This document shows, one piece after another, positions 21,701 through 34,200 of a stretch of 64,000 bases of DNA. Position 1 is the first letter of the stretch, and each line of letters starts with the position of its first letter. Position numbers and translations under genes: made by a program. The stretch spans positions 106,702,001 to 106,766,000 of the forward strand of contig OZ024744.1 of NCBI GenBank assembly GCA_964016885.1. The letters are read 5' to 3'. The notes beneath the pieces were generated by a model. It was not told the DNA's origin, ran no database searches, and worked only from the letters and a program-made list of their open reading frames with translations. Source of the DNA: Eledone cirrhosa. Lineage: Eukaryota.

Positions 21701-22789
21701 AACCAGTTTGTTGTAAGGTGGGTGAGAGGGAAGTGCTGCCTTCCAACCTGTTTGTTGTAAGTTGGGTGAGAGGGAAGTGCTGCCTTCCAACCAGTTTGTT
21801 GTAAAGTGGTTGAGAGAAAAGTTCTGCCTTCTTACCAATTTGTTGTAAAGTGGGTGAGAGGGAAGTGCGTCCTTCCAACCAGTTTGTTGTAAGGTGGGTG
21901 AGAGAGAAGTTCTTCCTTCCAACCAGTTTGTTGTAAAGTGGGTGAGAGAAAAGTGCTGCATTCCAACCATTTTGTTGTAAAATGGGTGAGAGGGAAGTGC
22001 TGCATTCCAACCAGTTTGTCGTAAGGTGGGTGAGAGGGAAGTGCTGTCTTCCAACCAGTTTGTTGTAAGCTGGGTGAGAGGGAAGTGCTGCCTTCCAACC
22101 TTTTTGTTGTAAGTTGGGTGAGAGGGAAGTGCTGCCTTCCAACCTCTTTGTTGTAAGGTGGGTGAGAGGGAAGTGCTGCCTTCTAACCAGTTTGTTGTGA
22201 AATGAGTGAGAGGGCAGTGCTGCTTTCCTACCAGTTTGTTGTAAGCTGGGTGAGAGGGAAGTGCTGCCTTCCAACCAGTTTGTTGTAAGGTGGGTGAGAG
22301 GGAAGGGCTGCCTTCCAATCTGTTTATTGTAAGGTGGGTGAGAGGGAATTGCTGCCTTCTAACCAATTTGTTGTAAGATGGGTGAGAGGGAAGTGCTGCC
22401 TTTCAAACAGTTTGTTGTAAGGTGAATGAGAGGGAATTTCAGCCTTCCAACCAGTCTGTTGTAAGATTGGTGAGAGGGAATTGCTGCCTTCCAACCTGTT
22501 TGTTTTAAAATGGGTGGGTGAGAGGGAAGTGCTGACTTCCAACCAGTTTGTTGTAAGTTGGGTGAGAGGTAAGTACTGTTTTCAACCTGTTTGTTGTGAG
22601 GTGGGTGAGAGGGAAGTGCTGCCTTCCAACCAGATTCTTGTAAGGTGGGTGAGAGAGAAGTGCTGCCTTCCAACCTGTTTGTTGTGAAGTGGGTGAGAGG
22701 GAAGTCCTGCCTTCCAACCTGTTTGTTGTAAGGTGGGTGAGAACGAAGTGCTACCTTCCAACCAGTTTGTTGTAAAGTGGGTTAGAGGG

Positions 22790-25700
22790 AAGTGCTGCAT
22801 TCCAACCAGTTTGTTGTAAGGTGCGTGAGAGAGAAGTGCTCCCTTCCAACCAGTTTGTTGTAAGGTGGGTGAGAGGGAAGTGCTCCCTTCCAACCTGTTT
22901 GTTGTAAGGTGGGTGAGAGGTAAGTGCTGCCTTCTAACCAGATTGTTTTAAAGAGGGTGACAGGGAAGTGCTGCCTTCCAACCAGTTTGTTATAAGGTGG
23001 GTGAGAGGGAAGTGCTTCCTTCCAACCAGTTTCTTGTAAAGTGGGTGAGAGGGAAGTGCTGCCTTCCAACCTATTTGTTGTAAAGTGGGTGAGAGGGAAG
23101 TGCTGGCTTCCAACCAGTTTGTTGTAAAGTGGGTGAGAGGGAAGTGCTGCCTTCTAACCAGTTTGTTGTAAGAAGAGTGAGGGCGAAATGCTTCCTTCCA
23201 ACCAGTTTGTTGTAAAGTGGGTGAAAGAGAAGTGCTGCCTTCCAAACTCTTTGTTATAAGATGGGTGAGAGGGAAGTCCTGCCTTCCAACCAGTTTGTTG
23301 TAAAGTGGCTGAGAGGGAAGTGCTGCCTTCCAACCTGTTTGTTGTAAGATGGGTGGGTAAGAGGGAAGTGCTGCCTTCCAAACAGTTTGTTGTAAGGTGG
23401 GTGAGAGGGAAGTGCTGCCTACCAACCAGTTTGTTGTAAGGTGGGTGAGAGGGAAGAGCTGCCTTCCAACCAGTTTGTTGTAAGCTGGGTGAGAGGGAAG
23501 TGCTGCATTCCAAACACTTGGTTGTAAGATGGTTGAGAGGGAAGTGCTGCCTTCTAACCAGTTTGTTGTAAAGTGGGTGAGAGGGAAGTGCTGCCTTCCA
23601 ACCTGTTTGTTGTAAGTTGGGTGAGAGGGAAGTTCTGCCTTCTAACCAGTTTGTTGTAAGGAGGGTGAGAGGGAAGAGCTGCATTCCAACCAGTTTGTTG
23701 TAAGGTGGGTGAGAGGGAAATGCTGCCTTCCAACCAGTTTGTTGTAAGCTGGATGAGAGGGAAGTGCTGCATTCCAACCAGTTTGTTGTAAGTTGGGTGA
23801 GAGGGAAGTGCTGCCTTCCAACCAGTTTGTTGTGAGATGGTTGAGAGGGAAGTCCTGACTTCCAACCAGTTTGTTGTAAAGTGGCTGAGAGGAAAGCGCT
23901 GCCTTCCAACCTGTTTGTTGTAAAATGGATGGGTGAGAGGGAAGTGCTGCATTCCAACCAGTTCGTTGTAAGCTGGGTGAGAGTAAAGGGCTGCCTTCCA
24001 ACCTGTTTGTTGTAAGGTGGGTGAGAGGGAAGTGCTGCCTTCCAACCTGTTTGTTGTAAGGTGGGTGAGAGGGAAGTGCAGCCTTCTATCCAGTTTGTTG
24101 TAAAGTGGGTGAGAGAGAGTGCTGCATTCCAACCAGTTTGTTGTAAGATGGGTGAGAGGGAAGTGCTGCCTTCCAACCAGTTTGTTGTAAGGTGGGTGAG
24201 AGGGAAGAGCTGCCTTCCAACCCGTTTGTTGTAAGCTGGGTGAGAGGGAAGTGCTGCATTCCAACCACTTGGTTGTAAGATGGGTGAGAGGGAAGTGCTG
24301 CCTTCTAACCAGTTTGTTGTAAAGTGGGTGAGAGGGAAGTGCTGCCTTCCAACCTGTTTGTTGTAAGGTGGGTGAGAGGGAAGCGCTGCCTTCCAACCAG
24401 TTTGATGTAAGTTGGGTGAGAGGGAAGTTCTGCCTTCTAACCAGTTTGTTGTAAGGAGGGTGAGAGGGAAGTGCTGCATTCCAACCAGTTTGTTGTAAGG
24501 TGGGTGAGAGGGAAATGCTGCCTTCCAACCAGTTTGTTGTAAGCTGGGTGAGAGGGAAGTGCTGCATTCCAACCAGTTTGTTGTAAGGTGGGTGAGAGGG
24601 AAGTGCTGCCTTCTAACAAGTTTGTTGTAAGGTGGGTGAGAGGGAAGTGCTCCCTTCCAACCAGTTTGTTGTGAGATGGTTGAGTGGGAAGTCCTGACTT
24701 CCAACCAGTTTGTTGTAAAGTGGCTGAGAGGAAAGCGCTGCCTTCCAACCTCTTTGTTGTAAAATGGATGGGTGAGAGGGAAGTGCTGCATTCCAACCAG
24801 TTCGTTGTAAGCTGGGTGAGAGGGAAGGGCTGCCTTCCAACCTGTTTGTTGTAAGGTGGGTGAGAGGGAAGTGCTGCCTTCCAACCTGTTTGTTGTAAGG
24901 TGGGTGAGAGGGAAGTGCAGCCTTCTAGCCAGTTTGTTGTAAAGTGGGTGAGAAAAAGTGCTGCATTCCAACCAGTTTGTTGTAAGATGGGTGAGAGGGA
25001 AGTGCTGCCTTCTAACCAGTTTGTTGTAAAGTGGGTGAGAGGGAAGTGCTGCCTTCCAACCTCTTTGTTGTAAGGTGGGTGAGAGGGAAGTGCTGCATTC
25101 CAACCAGTTTGTTGTAAGATGGGTGAGAGGGAAGTGCTGCCTTCCAACCAGTTTGTTGTAAAGTAGGTGAGAGGGAAGTGCTGCCTTCCACCCTGTTTGT
25201 TGTAAGGTGGGTGAGGGGAAGTGCTGCCTTCCAACCAGTTTGTTGTAAAGTGGGTGAGAGGGAACTGCTGCCTTCCAACCAGTTTGTTCTAAGGTGGGTG
25301 AGAGGGAAGTGCTGCCTTCCAACCAGTTTGTTGTAAGATGGTTGAGAGGGAAGTCCTGTCTTCCAACCAGTTTGTTGTAAAGTGGCTGAGAGGAAAGCGC
25401 TGCCTTCCAAATTGTTTGTTGTAAAATGGGTGGGTGAGAGGGAAGTGCTGCATTCCAACCAGTTCGTTGTAAGCTGGGAGAGAGGGAAGGGCTGCCTTCC
25501 AACCTGTTTGTTGTAAGGTGGGTGAGAGGGAAGTGCTGCATTCCAACCAGTTTCTTGTAAGGTGCGTGAGAGAGAAGTGCTCCCTTCCAACCAGTTTGTT
25601 GTAAGGTGGGTGAGAGGGAAGTGCTCCCTTCCAACCTGTTTGTTGTAAGGTGGGTGAGAGGTAAGTGCTGCCTTCTAACCAGATTGTTTTAAAGAGGGTG

Positions 25701-28280
25701 ACAGGGAAGTGCTGCCTTCCAACCAGTTTGTTATAAGGTGGGTGAGAGGGAAGTGCTTCCTTCCAACCAGTTTCTTGTAAAGTGGGTGAGAGGGAAGTGC
25801 TGCCTTCCAACCTATTTGTTGTAAAGTGGGTGAGAGGGAAGTGCTGGCTTCCAACCAGTTTGTTGTAAAGTGGGTGAGAGGGAAGTGCTGCCTTCTAACC
25901 AGTTTGTTGTAAGAAGAGTGAGGGCGAAATGCTTCCTTCCAACCAGTTTGTTGTAAAGTGGGTGAAAGAGAAGTGCTGCCTTCCAAACTCTTTGTTATAA
26001 GATGGGTGAGAGGGAAGTCCTGCCTTCCAATCAGTTTGTTGTAAAGTGGCTGAGAGGGAAGTGCTGCCTTCCAACCTGTTTGTTGTAAGATGGGTGGGTA
26101 AGAGGGAAGTGCTGCCTTCCAAACAGTTTGTTGTAAGGTGGGTGAGAGGGAAGTGCTGCCTACCAACCAGTTTGTTGTAAGGTGGGTGAGAGGGAAGAGC
26201 TGCCTTCCAACCAGTTTGTTGTAAGCTGGGTGAGAGGGAAGTGCTGCATTCCAAACACTTGGTTGTAAGATGGTTGAGAGGGAAGTGCTGCCTTCTAACC
26301 AGTTTGTTGTAAAGTGGGTGAGAGGGAAGTGCTGCCTTCCAACCTGTTTGTTGTAAGTTGGGTGAGAGGGAAGTTCTGCCTTCTAACCAGTTTGTTGTAA
26401 GGAGGGTGAGAGGGAAGAGCTGCATTCCAACCAGTTTGTTGTAAGGTGGGTGAGAGGGAAATGCTGCCTTCCAACCAGTTTGTTGTAAGCTGGATGAGAG
26501 GGAAGTGCTGCATTCCAACCAGTTTGTTGTAAGTTGGGTGAGAGGGAAGTGCTGCCTTCCAACCAGTTTGTTGTGAGATGGTTGAGAGGGAAGTCCTGAC
26601 TTCCAACCAGTTTGTTGTAAAGTGGCTGAGAGGAAAGCGCTGCCTTCCAACCTGTTTGTTGTAAAATGGATGGGTGAGAGGGAAGTGCTGCATTCCAACC
26701 AGTTCGTTGTAAGCTGGGTGAGAGTAAAGGGCTGCCTTCCAACCTGTTTGTTGTAAGGTGGGTGAGAGGGAAGTGCTGCCTTCCAACCTGTTTGTTGTAA
26801 GGTGGGTGAGAGGGAAGTGCAGCCTTCTATCCAGTTTGTTGTAAAGTGGGTGAGAGAGAGTGCTGCATTCCAACCAGTTTGTTGTAAGATGGGTGAGAGG
26901 GAAGTGCTGCCTTCCAACCAGTTTGTTGTAAGGTGGGTGAGAGGGAAGAGCTGCCTTCCAACCCGTTTGTTGTAAGCTGGGTGAGAGGGAAGTGCTGCAT
27001 TCCAACCACTTGGTTGTAAGATGGGTGAGAGGGAAGTGCTGCCTTCTAACCAGTTTGTTGTAAAGTGGGTGAGAGGGAAGTGCTGCCTTCCAACCTGTTT
27101 GTTGTAAGGTGGGTGAGAGGGAAGCGCTGCCTTCCAACCAGTTTGATGAAAGTTGGGTGAGAGGGAAGTTCTGCCTTCTAACCAGTTTGTTGTAAGGAGG
27201 GTGAGAGGGAAGTGCTGCATTCCAACCAGTTTGTTGTAAGGTGGGTGAGAGGGAAATGCTGCCTTCCAACCAGTTTGTTGTAAGCTGGGTGAGAGGGAAG
27301 TGCTGCATTCCAACCAGTTTGTTGTAAGGTGGGTGAGAGGGAAGTGCTGCCTTCTAACAAGTTTGTTGTAAGGTGGGTGAGAGGGAAGTGCTCCCTTCCA
27401 ACCAGTTTGTTGTGAGATGGTTGAGTGGGAAGTCCTGACTTCCAACCAGTTTGTTGTAAAGTGGCTGAGAGGAAAGCGCTGCCTTCCAACCTCTTTGTTG
27501 TAAAATGGATGGGTGAGAGGGAAGTGCTGCATTCCAACCAGTTCGTTGCAAGCTGGGTGAGAGGGAAGGGCTGCCTTCCAACCTGTTTGTTGTAAGGTGG
27601 GTGAGAGGGAAGTGCTGCCTTCCAACCTGTTTGTTGTAAGGTGGGTGAGAGGGAAGTGCAGCCTTCTAGCCAGTTTGTTGTAAAGTGGGTGAGAAAAAGT
27701 GCTGCATTCCAACCAGTTTGTTGTAAGATGGGTGAGAGGGAAGTGCTGCCTTCTAACCAGTTTGTTGTAAAGTGGGTGAGAGGGAAGTGCTGCCTTCCAA
27801 CCTCTTTGTTGTAAGGTGGGTGAGAGGGAAGTGCTGCATTCCAACCAGTTTGTTGTAAGATGGGTGAGAGGGAAGTGCTGCCTTCCAACCAGTTTGTTGT
27901 AAAGTAGGTGAGAGGGAAGTGCTGCCTTCCACCCTGTTTGTTGTAAGGTGGGTGAGGGGAAGTGCTGCCTTCCAACCAGTTTGTTGTAAAGTGGGTGAGA
28001 GGGAACTGCTGCCTTCCAACCAGTTTGTTCTAAGGTGGGTGAGAGGGAAGTGCTGCCTTCCAACCAGTTTGTTGTAAGATGGTTGAGAGGGAAGTCCTGA
28101 CTTCCAACCAGTTTGTTGTAAAGTGGCTGAGAGGAAAGCGCTGCCTTCCAAATTGTTTGTTGTAAAATGGGTGGGTGAGAGGGAAGTGCTGCATTCCAAC
28201 CAGTTCGTTGTAAGCTGGGAGAGAGGGAAGGGCTGCCTTCCAACCTGTTTGTTGTAAGGTGGGTGAGAGGGAAGTGCTGC
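22790..28280. repeat. Near-identical tandem duplication, period 2741 bp, inside the 44-bp array (boundaries approximate)
   Basis: Marker GTGCGTGAG at 22821 and 25562. ORF-track pairs 22934/25675, 23554/26295 and 24437/27178 are all offset by 2741 with almost identical translations. Confidence 0.92.
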
Positions 28281-31200
28281 CTTCCAACCTGTTTGTTGTA
28301 AGGTGGGTGAGAGGGAAGTGCTGCCTTCTAGCCAGTTTGTTGTAAAGTGCGTGAGAGGGAGTGCTGCCTTCCAACCAGTTTGTTGTAAGATGGGTGAGAG
28401 GGATTGCTGCCTTCCAACCAGTTTGTTGTAAAGTGGGTGAGAGGGAGTGCTGACTTCCAACCAGTTTGTTGTAAAGTGTGTGAGAGGGAAGTGCTGCCTT
28501 CCAACCTGTTATTTGTAACGTGGGTGAGAGAGAAGTGTTGCATTCCAACCAGTTTCTTGTAAGGTGGGTGAGAGGGAAGTGTTCCATTCAAACCAGTTTG
28601 TTGTAAGATGGGTCAGAGGGAAGTGCTGCGTTCCAACCAGTTTGTTGTAAGATGGGTGAGAGGGAAGTCCTGCCTTCCAACCAGTTTGTTGTAAAGTGGT
28701 TGAGAGGGAAGTGCTGCCTTCCAACCAGTTTGTTGTAAGGTGGGTGAGAGGGAAGTGCTGCCTTCCAACCAGTTTGTTGTAAAGTGGGTGAGAGGGAACT
28801 GCTGCCTTCCAATCAGTTTGTTGTTAGATGTGTGAGAGGGAAGTGCTGCCTTCCAACCAGTTTGTTGTAAGATGGTTGAGAGGGAAGTCCTGACTTCCAA
28901 CCAGTTTGTTGTAAAGTGGCTGAGAGGAATGCGCTGCCTTCCAACCTGTTGTTGTAAAATGGGTGGGTGAGAGGGAAGTGCTGCATTCCAACCAGTTCGT
29001 TGTAAGCTGGGAGAGAGGGAAGGGCTGCCTTCCAACCTGTTTGTTGTAAGGTGGGTGAGAGGGAAGTGCTGCCTTCCAACCTCTTTGTTGTAAGGTGTGT
29101 GAGAGGGAAGTGCTGCCTTCTAGCCAGTTTGTTCTAAAGTGGGTGAGATGGAGTGCTGCCTCCCAACCAGTTTGTTGTAAGATGGGTGAGAGGGTGTGCT
29201 GCCTTCCGACCAGTTCGTTGTAAAGTGGGTGAGCGGGAGTGCTGCCTTCCAACCAGTTTGTTGTAAAGTGGGTGAGAGGGAAGTGCTGCCTTCCAACCTG
29301 TTAGTTGTAACGTGGGTGAGAGAGAAGTGTTGCATTCCAACCAGTTTCTTGTAAGGTGGGTGAGAGGGAAGTGCTCCATTCAAACCAGTTTGTTGTAAGG
29401 TGGGTCAGAGGGAAGTGCTGCGTTCCAACCAGTTTGTTGTAAGATGGGTGAGAGGGAAGTCCTGCCTTCCAACCAGTTTGTTGTAAAGTGGTTGAGAGGG
29501 AAGTGCTGCCTTCCAACATGTTTGTTGTAAGGTGGGTGAGAGGGAAGTGCTGCCTTCCAACCAGTTTGTTGTAAAGTGGGTGAGAGGGAACTGCTGCCTT
29601 CCAACCAGTTTGTTGTAAGATGGTGAGAGGGAAGTGCCGCCTTCCAACCAGTTTGTTGTAAGATGGTTGAGAGGGAAGTCCTGACTTCCAACCAGTTTGT
29701 TGTAAAGTGACTGAGAGGAATGCGCTGCCTTCCAACCTGTTTGTTGTAAAATGGGTGGGTGAGAGGGAAGTGCTGCATTCCAACCTGTTTGTTGTAAGGT
29801 GGGTGAGCGGGAAGTGCTGCCTTCCAACCTCTTTGTTGTAAGGTGTGTGAGAGGGAAGTGCTGCCTTCTAGCCAATTTGTTCTAAGGTGGGTGAGAGGGA
29901 AGTGCTGCCTTCCAACCAGTTTGTTGTAAGATGGTTGAGAGGGAAGTCCTGACTTCCAACCAGTTTGTTGTAAAGTGGCTGAGAGGAAAGCGCTGCCTTC
30001 CAACTTGTTTGTTGTAAAATGGGTGGGTGAGAGGTAAGTGCTGCATTCCAACCAGTTCGTTGTAAGCTGGGAGAGAGGGAAGAGCTGCCTTCCAACCTGT
30101 TTGTTGTAAGGTGGGTGAGAGGGAAGTGCTGCCTTCCAACCTGTTTGTTGTAAAGTGGGTGAGAGAGAAGTGTTGCATTCCAACCAGTTTCTTGTAAGGT
30201 GGGTGAGAGGGAAGTGCTCCATTCAAACCAGTTTGTTGTAAGGTGGGTCAGAGGGAAGTGCTGCGTTCCAACCAGTTTGTTGTAAGATGGGTGAGAGGGA
30301 AGTCCTGCCTTCCAACCAGTTTGTTGTAAAGTGGTTTAGAGGGAAGTGCTGCCTTCCAACCAGTTTGTTGTAAGGTGGGTGAGAGGGAAGTGCTGCCTTC
30401 CAACCAGTTTGTTGTAAAGTGGGTGAGAGGGAACTGCTGCCTTCCAATCAGTTTGTTGTTAGATGTGTGAGAGGGAAGTGCTGCCTTCCAACCAGTTTGT
30501 TGTAAGATGGTTGAGAGGGAAGTCCTGACTTCCAACCAGTTTGTTGTAAAGTGGCTGAGAGGAATGCGCTGCCTTCCAACCTGTTTGTTGTAAAATGGGT
30601 GGGTGAGAGGGAAGTGCTGCATTCCAACCAGTTCGTTGTAAGCTGGGTGAGAGGGAAGGGCTGCCTTCCAACCTGTTTGTTGTAAGGTGGGTGAGAGGGA
30701 AGTGCTGCCTTCCAACCTCTTTGTTGTAAGGTGTGTGAGAGGGAAGTGCTGCCTTCTAGCCAGTTTGTTCTAAAGTGGGTGAGATGGAGTGCTGCCTTCC
30801 AACCAGTTTGTTGTAAGATGGGTGAGAGGGAGTGCTGCCTTCCGACCAGTTTGTTGTAAAGTGGGTGAGCGGGAGTGCTGCCTTCCAACCAGTTCGTTGT
30901 AAAGTGGGTGAGAGGGAAGTGCTGCCTTCCAACCTGTTAGTTGTAACGTGGGTGAGAGAGAAGTGTTGCATTCCAACCAGTTTCTTGTAAGGTGGGTGAG
31001 AGGGAAGTGCTGCCTTCCAACCAGTTTGTTGTAAAGTGAGTGAGAGGGAAGTGCTCCATTCAAACCAGTTTGTTGTAAGGTTGGTCAGAGGGAAGTGCTG
31101 CGTTCCAACCAGTTTGTTGTAAGATGGGTGAGAGGATAGTCCTGCCTTCCAACCAGTTTGTTGCAAAGTGGCTGAGAGGGAAGTGCTGCCTTCCAGCCTG

Positions 31201-34200
31201 TTTGTTGTAAAACGGGTGGGTAACAGGGAGGTGCTGACTTACAAAAACAGTTTGTTGTAAGGTGGGTGAGAGGGAAGTGCTTCGTTCCAACCTGTTTGTT
31301 GTAAGGTGGGTGAGAGGGAAGTGCTGCCTTCCAACCTGTTTGTTGTAAGGTGGGTGAGAAGGAAGTGCTGCCTTCTAACCAGTTTGTTGTAAAGTGGGGG
31401 AGAGGGAAGTGCTGCCTTCCAACCTGTTTGTTGTAACGTGGGTGAGTGGGAAGTGGTGCCTTCCAACCATTTTGATGTAAGTTGGGTGAGAGGGAAGTCC
31501 TGCCTTCTAACCAGTTTGTTGTAAAGTGGGTGAGAGGGAAGTGCTGCCTTCCAACCAGTTTGTTGTAAAGTGGGTGAGAGGGAAATGCTGCCTTCCAACC
31601 AGTTTCTTGTAAAGTGGGTGAGAGGAAAGTGCTGACTTTCAACCAGTTTATTGTAAGCTGGGTGAGAGGGAAGTGCTGCCTTCCAACCAGTTTGTTGTAA
31701 AGTGGGTGAGAGCGAAGTGCTGCCTTCCAACCAGTTTGTTGTAAGGTGGTTGAGAGCGAAGTGCTGCCTTCTAACCAGTTTGTTGTAAGAAGAGTGAGAG
31801 AGAAGTGCTGCCTTCCAACCAGTTTGTTGTAAGTTGGGTGAGAGGGAAGTGCTGACTTCCAACCAGTTTGTTCTAAGGTGGGTGAGAGGGAAGTGCTGCC
31901 TTCCAACCTGTTTGTTGTAAGGTGGGTGAGAGGGAAGTGCTGCCTTCCAACCTGTTTGTTGTAAGGTGGGTGAGAGGGAAGTGCAGCCTTCTAGCCAGTT
32001 TGTTGTAAAGTGGGCGAGAGAGATTGCTGCATTCCAACCAGTTTGTTGTAAGATGGGTGAGAGGGAAGTGCTGCCTTCCACCCTGTTTGTTGTAAGGTGG
32101 GTGAGGGGAAGTGCTGCCTTCCAACCAGTTTGTTGTAAAGTGGGTGAGAGGGAACTGCTGCCTTCCAACCAGTTTGTTCTAAGGTGGGTGAGAGCGAAGT
32201 GCTGCCTTCCAACCAGTTTGTTGTAAGATGGTTGAGAAGGAAGTCCTGACTTCCAACCAGTTTGTTGTAAAGTGGCTGAGAGGAAAGCGCTGCCTTCCAA
32301 CTTGTTTGTTGTAAAATGGGTGGGTGAGAGGGAAGTGCTGCATTCCAACCAGTTCGTTGTAAGCTGGGAGAGAGGGAAGAGCTGCCTTCCAACCTGTTTG
32401 TTGTAAGGTGGGTGAGAGGGAAGTGCTGCCTTCCAACCTGTTTGTTGTAAGGTGGGTGAGAGGGAAGTGCTGCCTTCCAACCAGTTTGTTGTAAAGTGGG
32501 TGAGAGGGAACTGCTGCCTTCCAACCAGTTTGTTGTAAGATGGTGAGAGGGAAGTGCTGCCTTCCAACCAGTTTGTTGTAAGATGGTTGAGAGGGAAGTC
32601 CTGACTTCCAACCAGTTTGTTGTAAAGTGACTGAGAGGAATGCGCTGCCTTCCAACCTGTTTGTTGTAAAATGGGTGGGTGAGAGGGAAGTGCTGCATTC
32701 CAACCTGTTTGTTGTAAGGTGGGTGAGCGGGAAGTGCTGCCTTCCAACCTCATTGTTGTAAGGTGTGTGAGAGGGAAGTGCTGCCTTCTAGCCAGTTTGT
32801 TCTAAGGTGGGTGAGAGGGAAGTGCTGCCTTCCAACCAGTTTGTTGTAAGATGGTTGAGAGGGAAGTCCTGACTTCCAACCAGTTTGTTGTAAAGTGGCT
32901 GAGAGGAAAGCGCTGCCTTCCAACTTGTTTGTTGTAAAATGGGTGGGTGAGAGGGAAGTGCTGCATTCCAACCAGTTCGTTGCCAGCTGGCAGAGAGGGA
33001 AGAGCTGCCTTCCAACCTGTTTGTTGTAAGGTGGGTGAGAGGGATGTGCTGCCTTCCAACCTGTTTGTTGTAAGGTGGGTGAGAGGGAAGTGCTGCCTTC
33101 TAGCCAGTTTGTTGTAAAGTGAGTGAGAGGGAGTGCTGCCTTCCAACCAGTTTGTTGTAAGATGGGTGAGAGGGAGTGCTGCCTTCCAACCAGTTTGTTG
33201 TAAAGTGGGTGAGAGGGAGTGCTGCCTTCCAACCAGTTTGTTGTAAAGTGTGTGAGAGGGAACTGCTGCATTCCAACCTGTTAGTTGTAACGTGGGTGAG
33301 AGAGAAGTGTTGCATTCCAACCAGTTTCTTGTAAGGTGGGTGAGAGGGAAGTGCTCCATTCAAACCAGTTTGTTGTAAGGTGGGTGAGAGGGAAGTGCTG
33401 CCTACCAACCAGTTTGTTGTAAGATGGGTGAGAGGGAAGTCCTGCCTTCCAACCAGTTTGTTGTAAAGTGGTTGAGAGGGAAGTGCTGCCTTCCAACATG
33501 TTTGTTGTAAGGTGGGTGAGAGGTAAGTGCTGCCTTCCAACCAGTTTGTTGTAAAGTGGGTGAGAGGGAACTGCTGCCTTCCAACCAGTTTGTTGTAAGA
33601 TGGTGAGAGGGAAGTGCTGCCTTCCAACCAGTTTGTTGTAAGATGGTTGAGAGGGAAGTCCTGACTTCCAACCAGTTTGTTGTAAAGTGGCTGAGAGGAA
33701 AGCGCTGCCTTCCAACTTGTTTGTTGTAAAATGGGTGGGTGAGAGGGAAGTGCTGCATTCCAACCAGTTCGTTGCAAGCTGGGAGAGAGGGAAGAGCTGC
33801 CTTCCAACCTGTTTGTTGTAAGGTGGGTGAGAGGGAAGTGCTGCCTTCCAACCTGTTTGTTGTAAGGTGGGTGAGAGGGAAGTGCTGCCTTCTAGCCAGT
33901 TTGTTGTAAAGTGGGTGAGAGGGAGTGCTGCCTTCCAACCAGTTTGTTGTAAGATGGGTGAGAGGGAGTGCTGCCTTCCAACCAGTTTGTTGTAAAGTGG
34001 GTGAGAGGGAGTGCTGCCTTCCAACCAGTTTGTTGTAAAGTGTGTGAGAGGGAAGTGCTGCCTTCCAACCTGATAGTTGTAACGTGGGTGAGAGAGAAGT
34101 GTTGCATTCCAACCAGTTTCTTGTAAGGTGGGTGAGAGGGAAGTGCTCCATTCAAACCAGTTTGTTGTAAGGTGGGTCAGAGGAATGCGCTGCCTTCCAA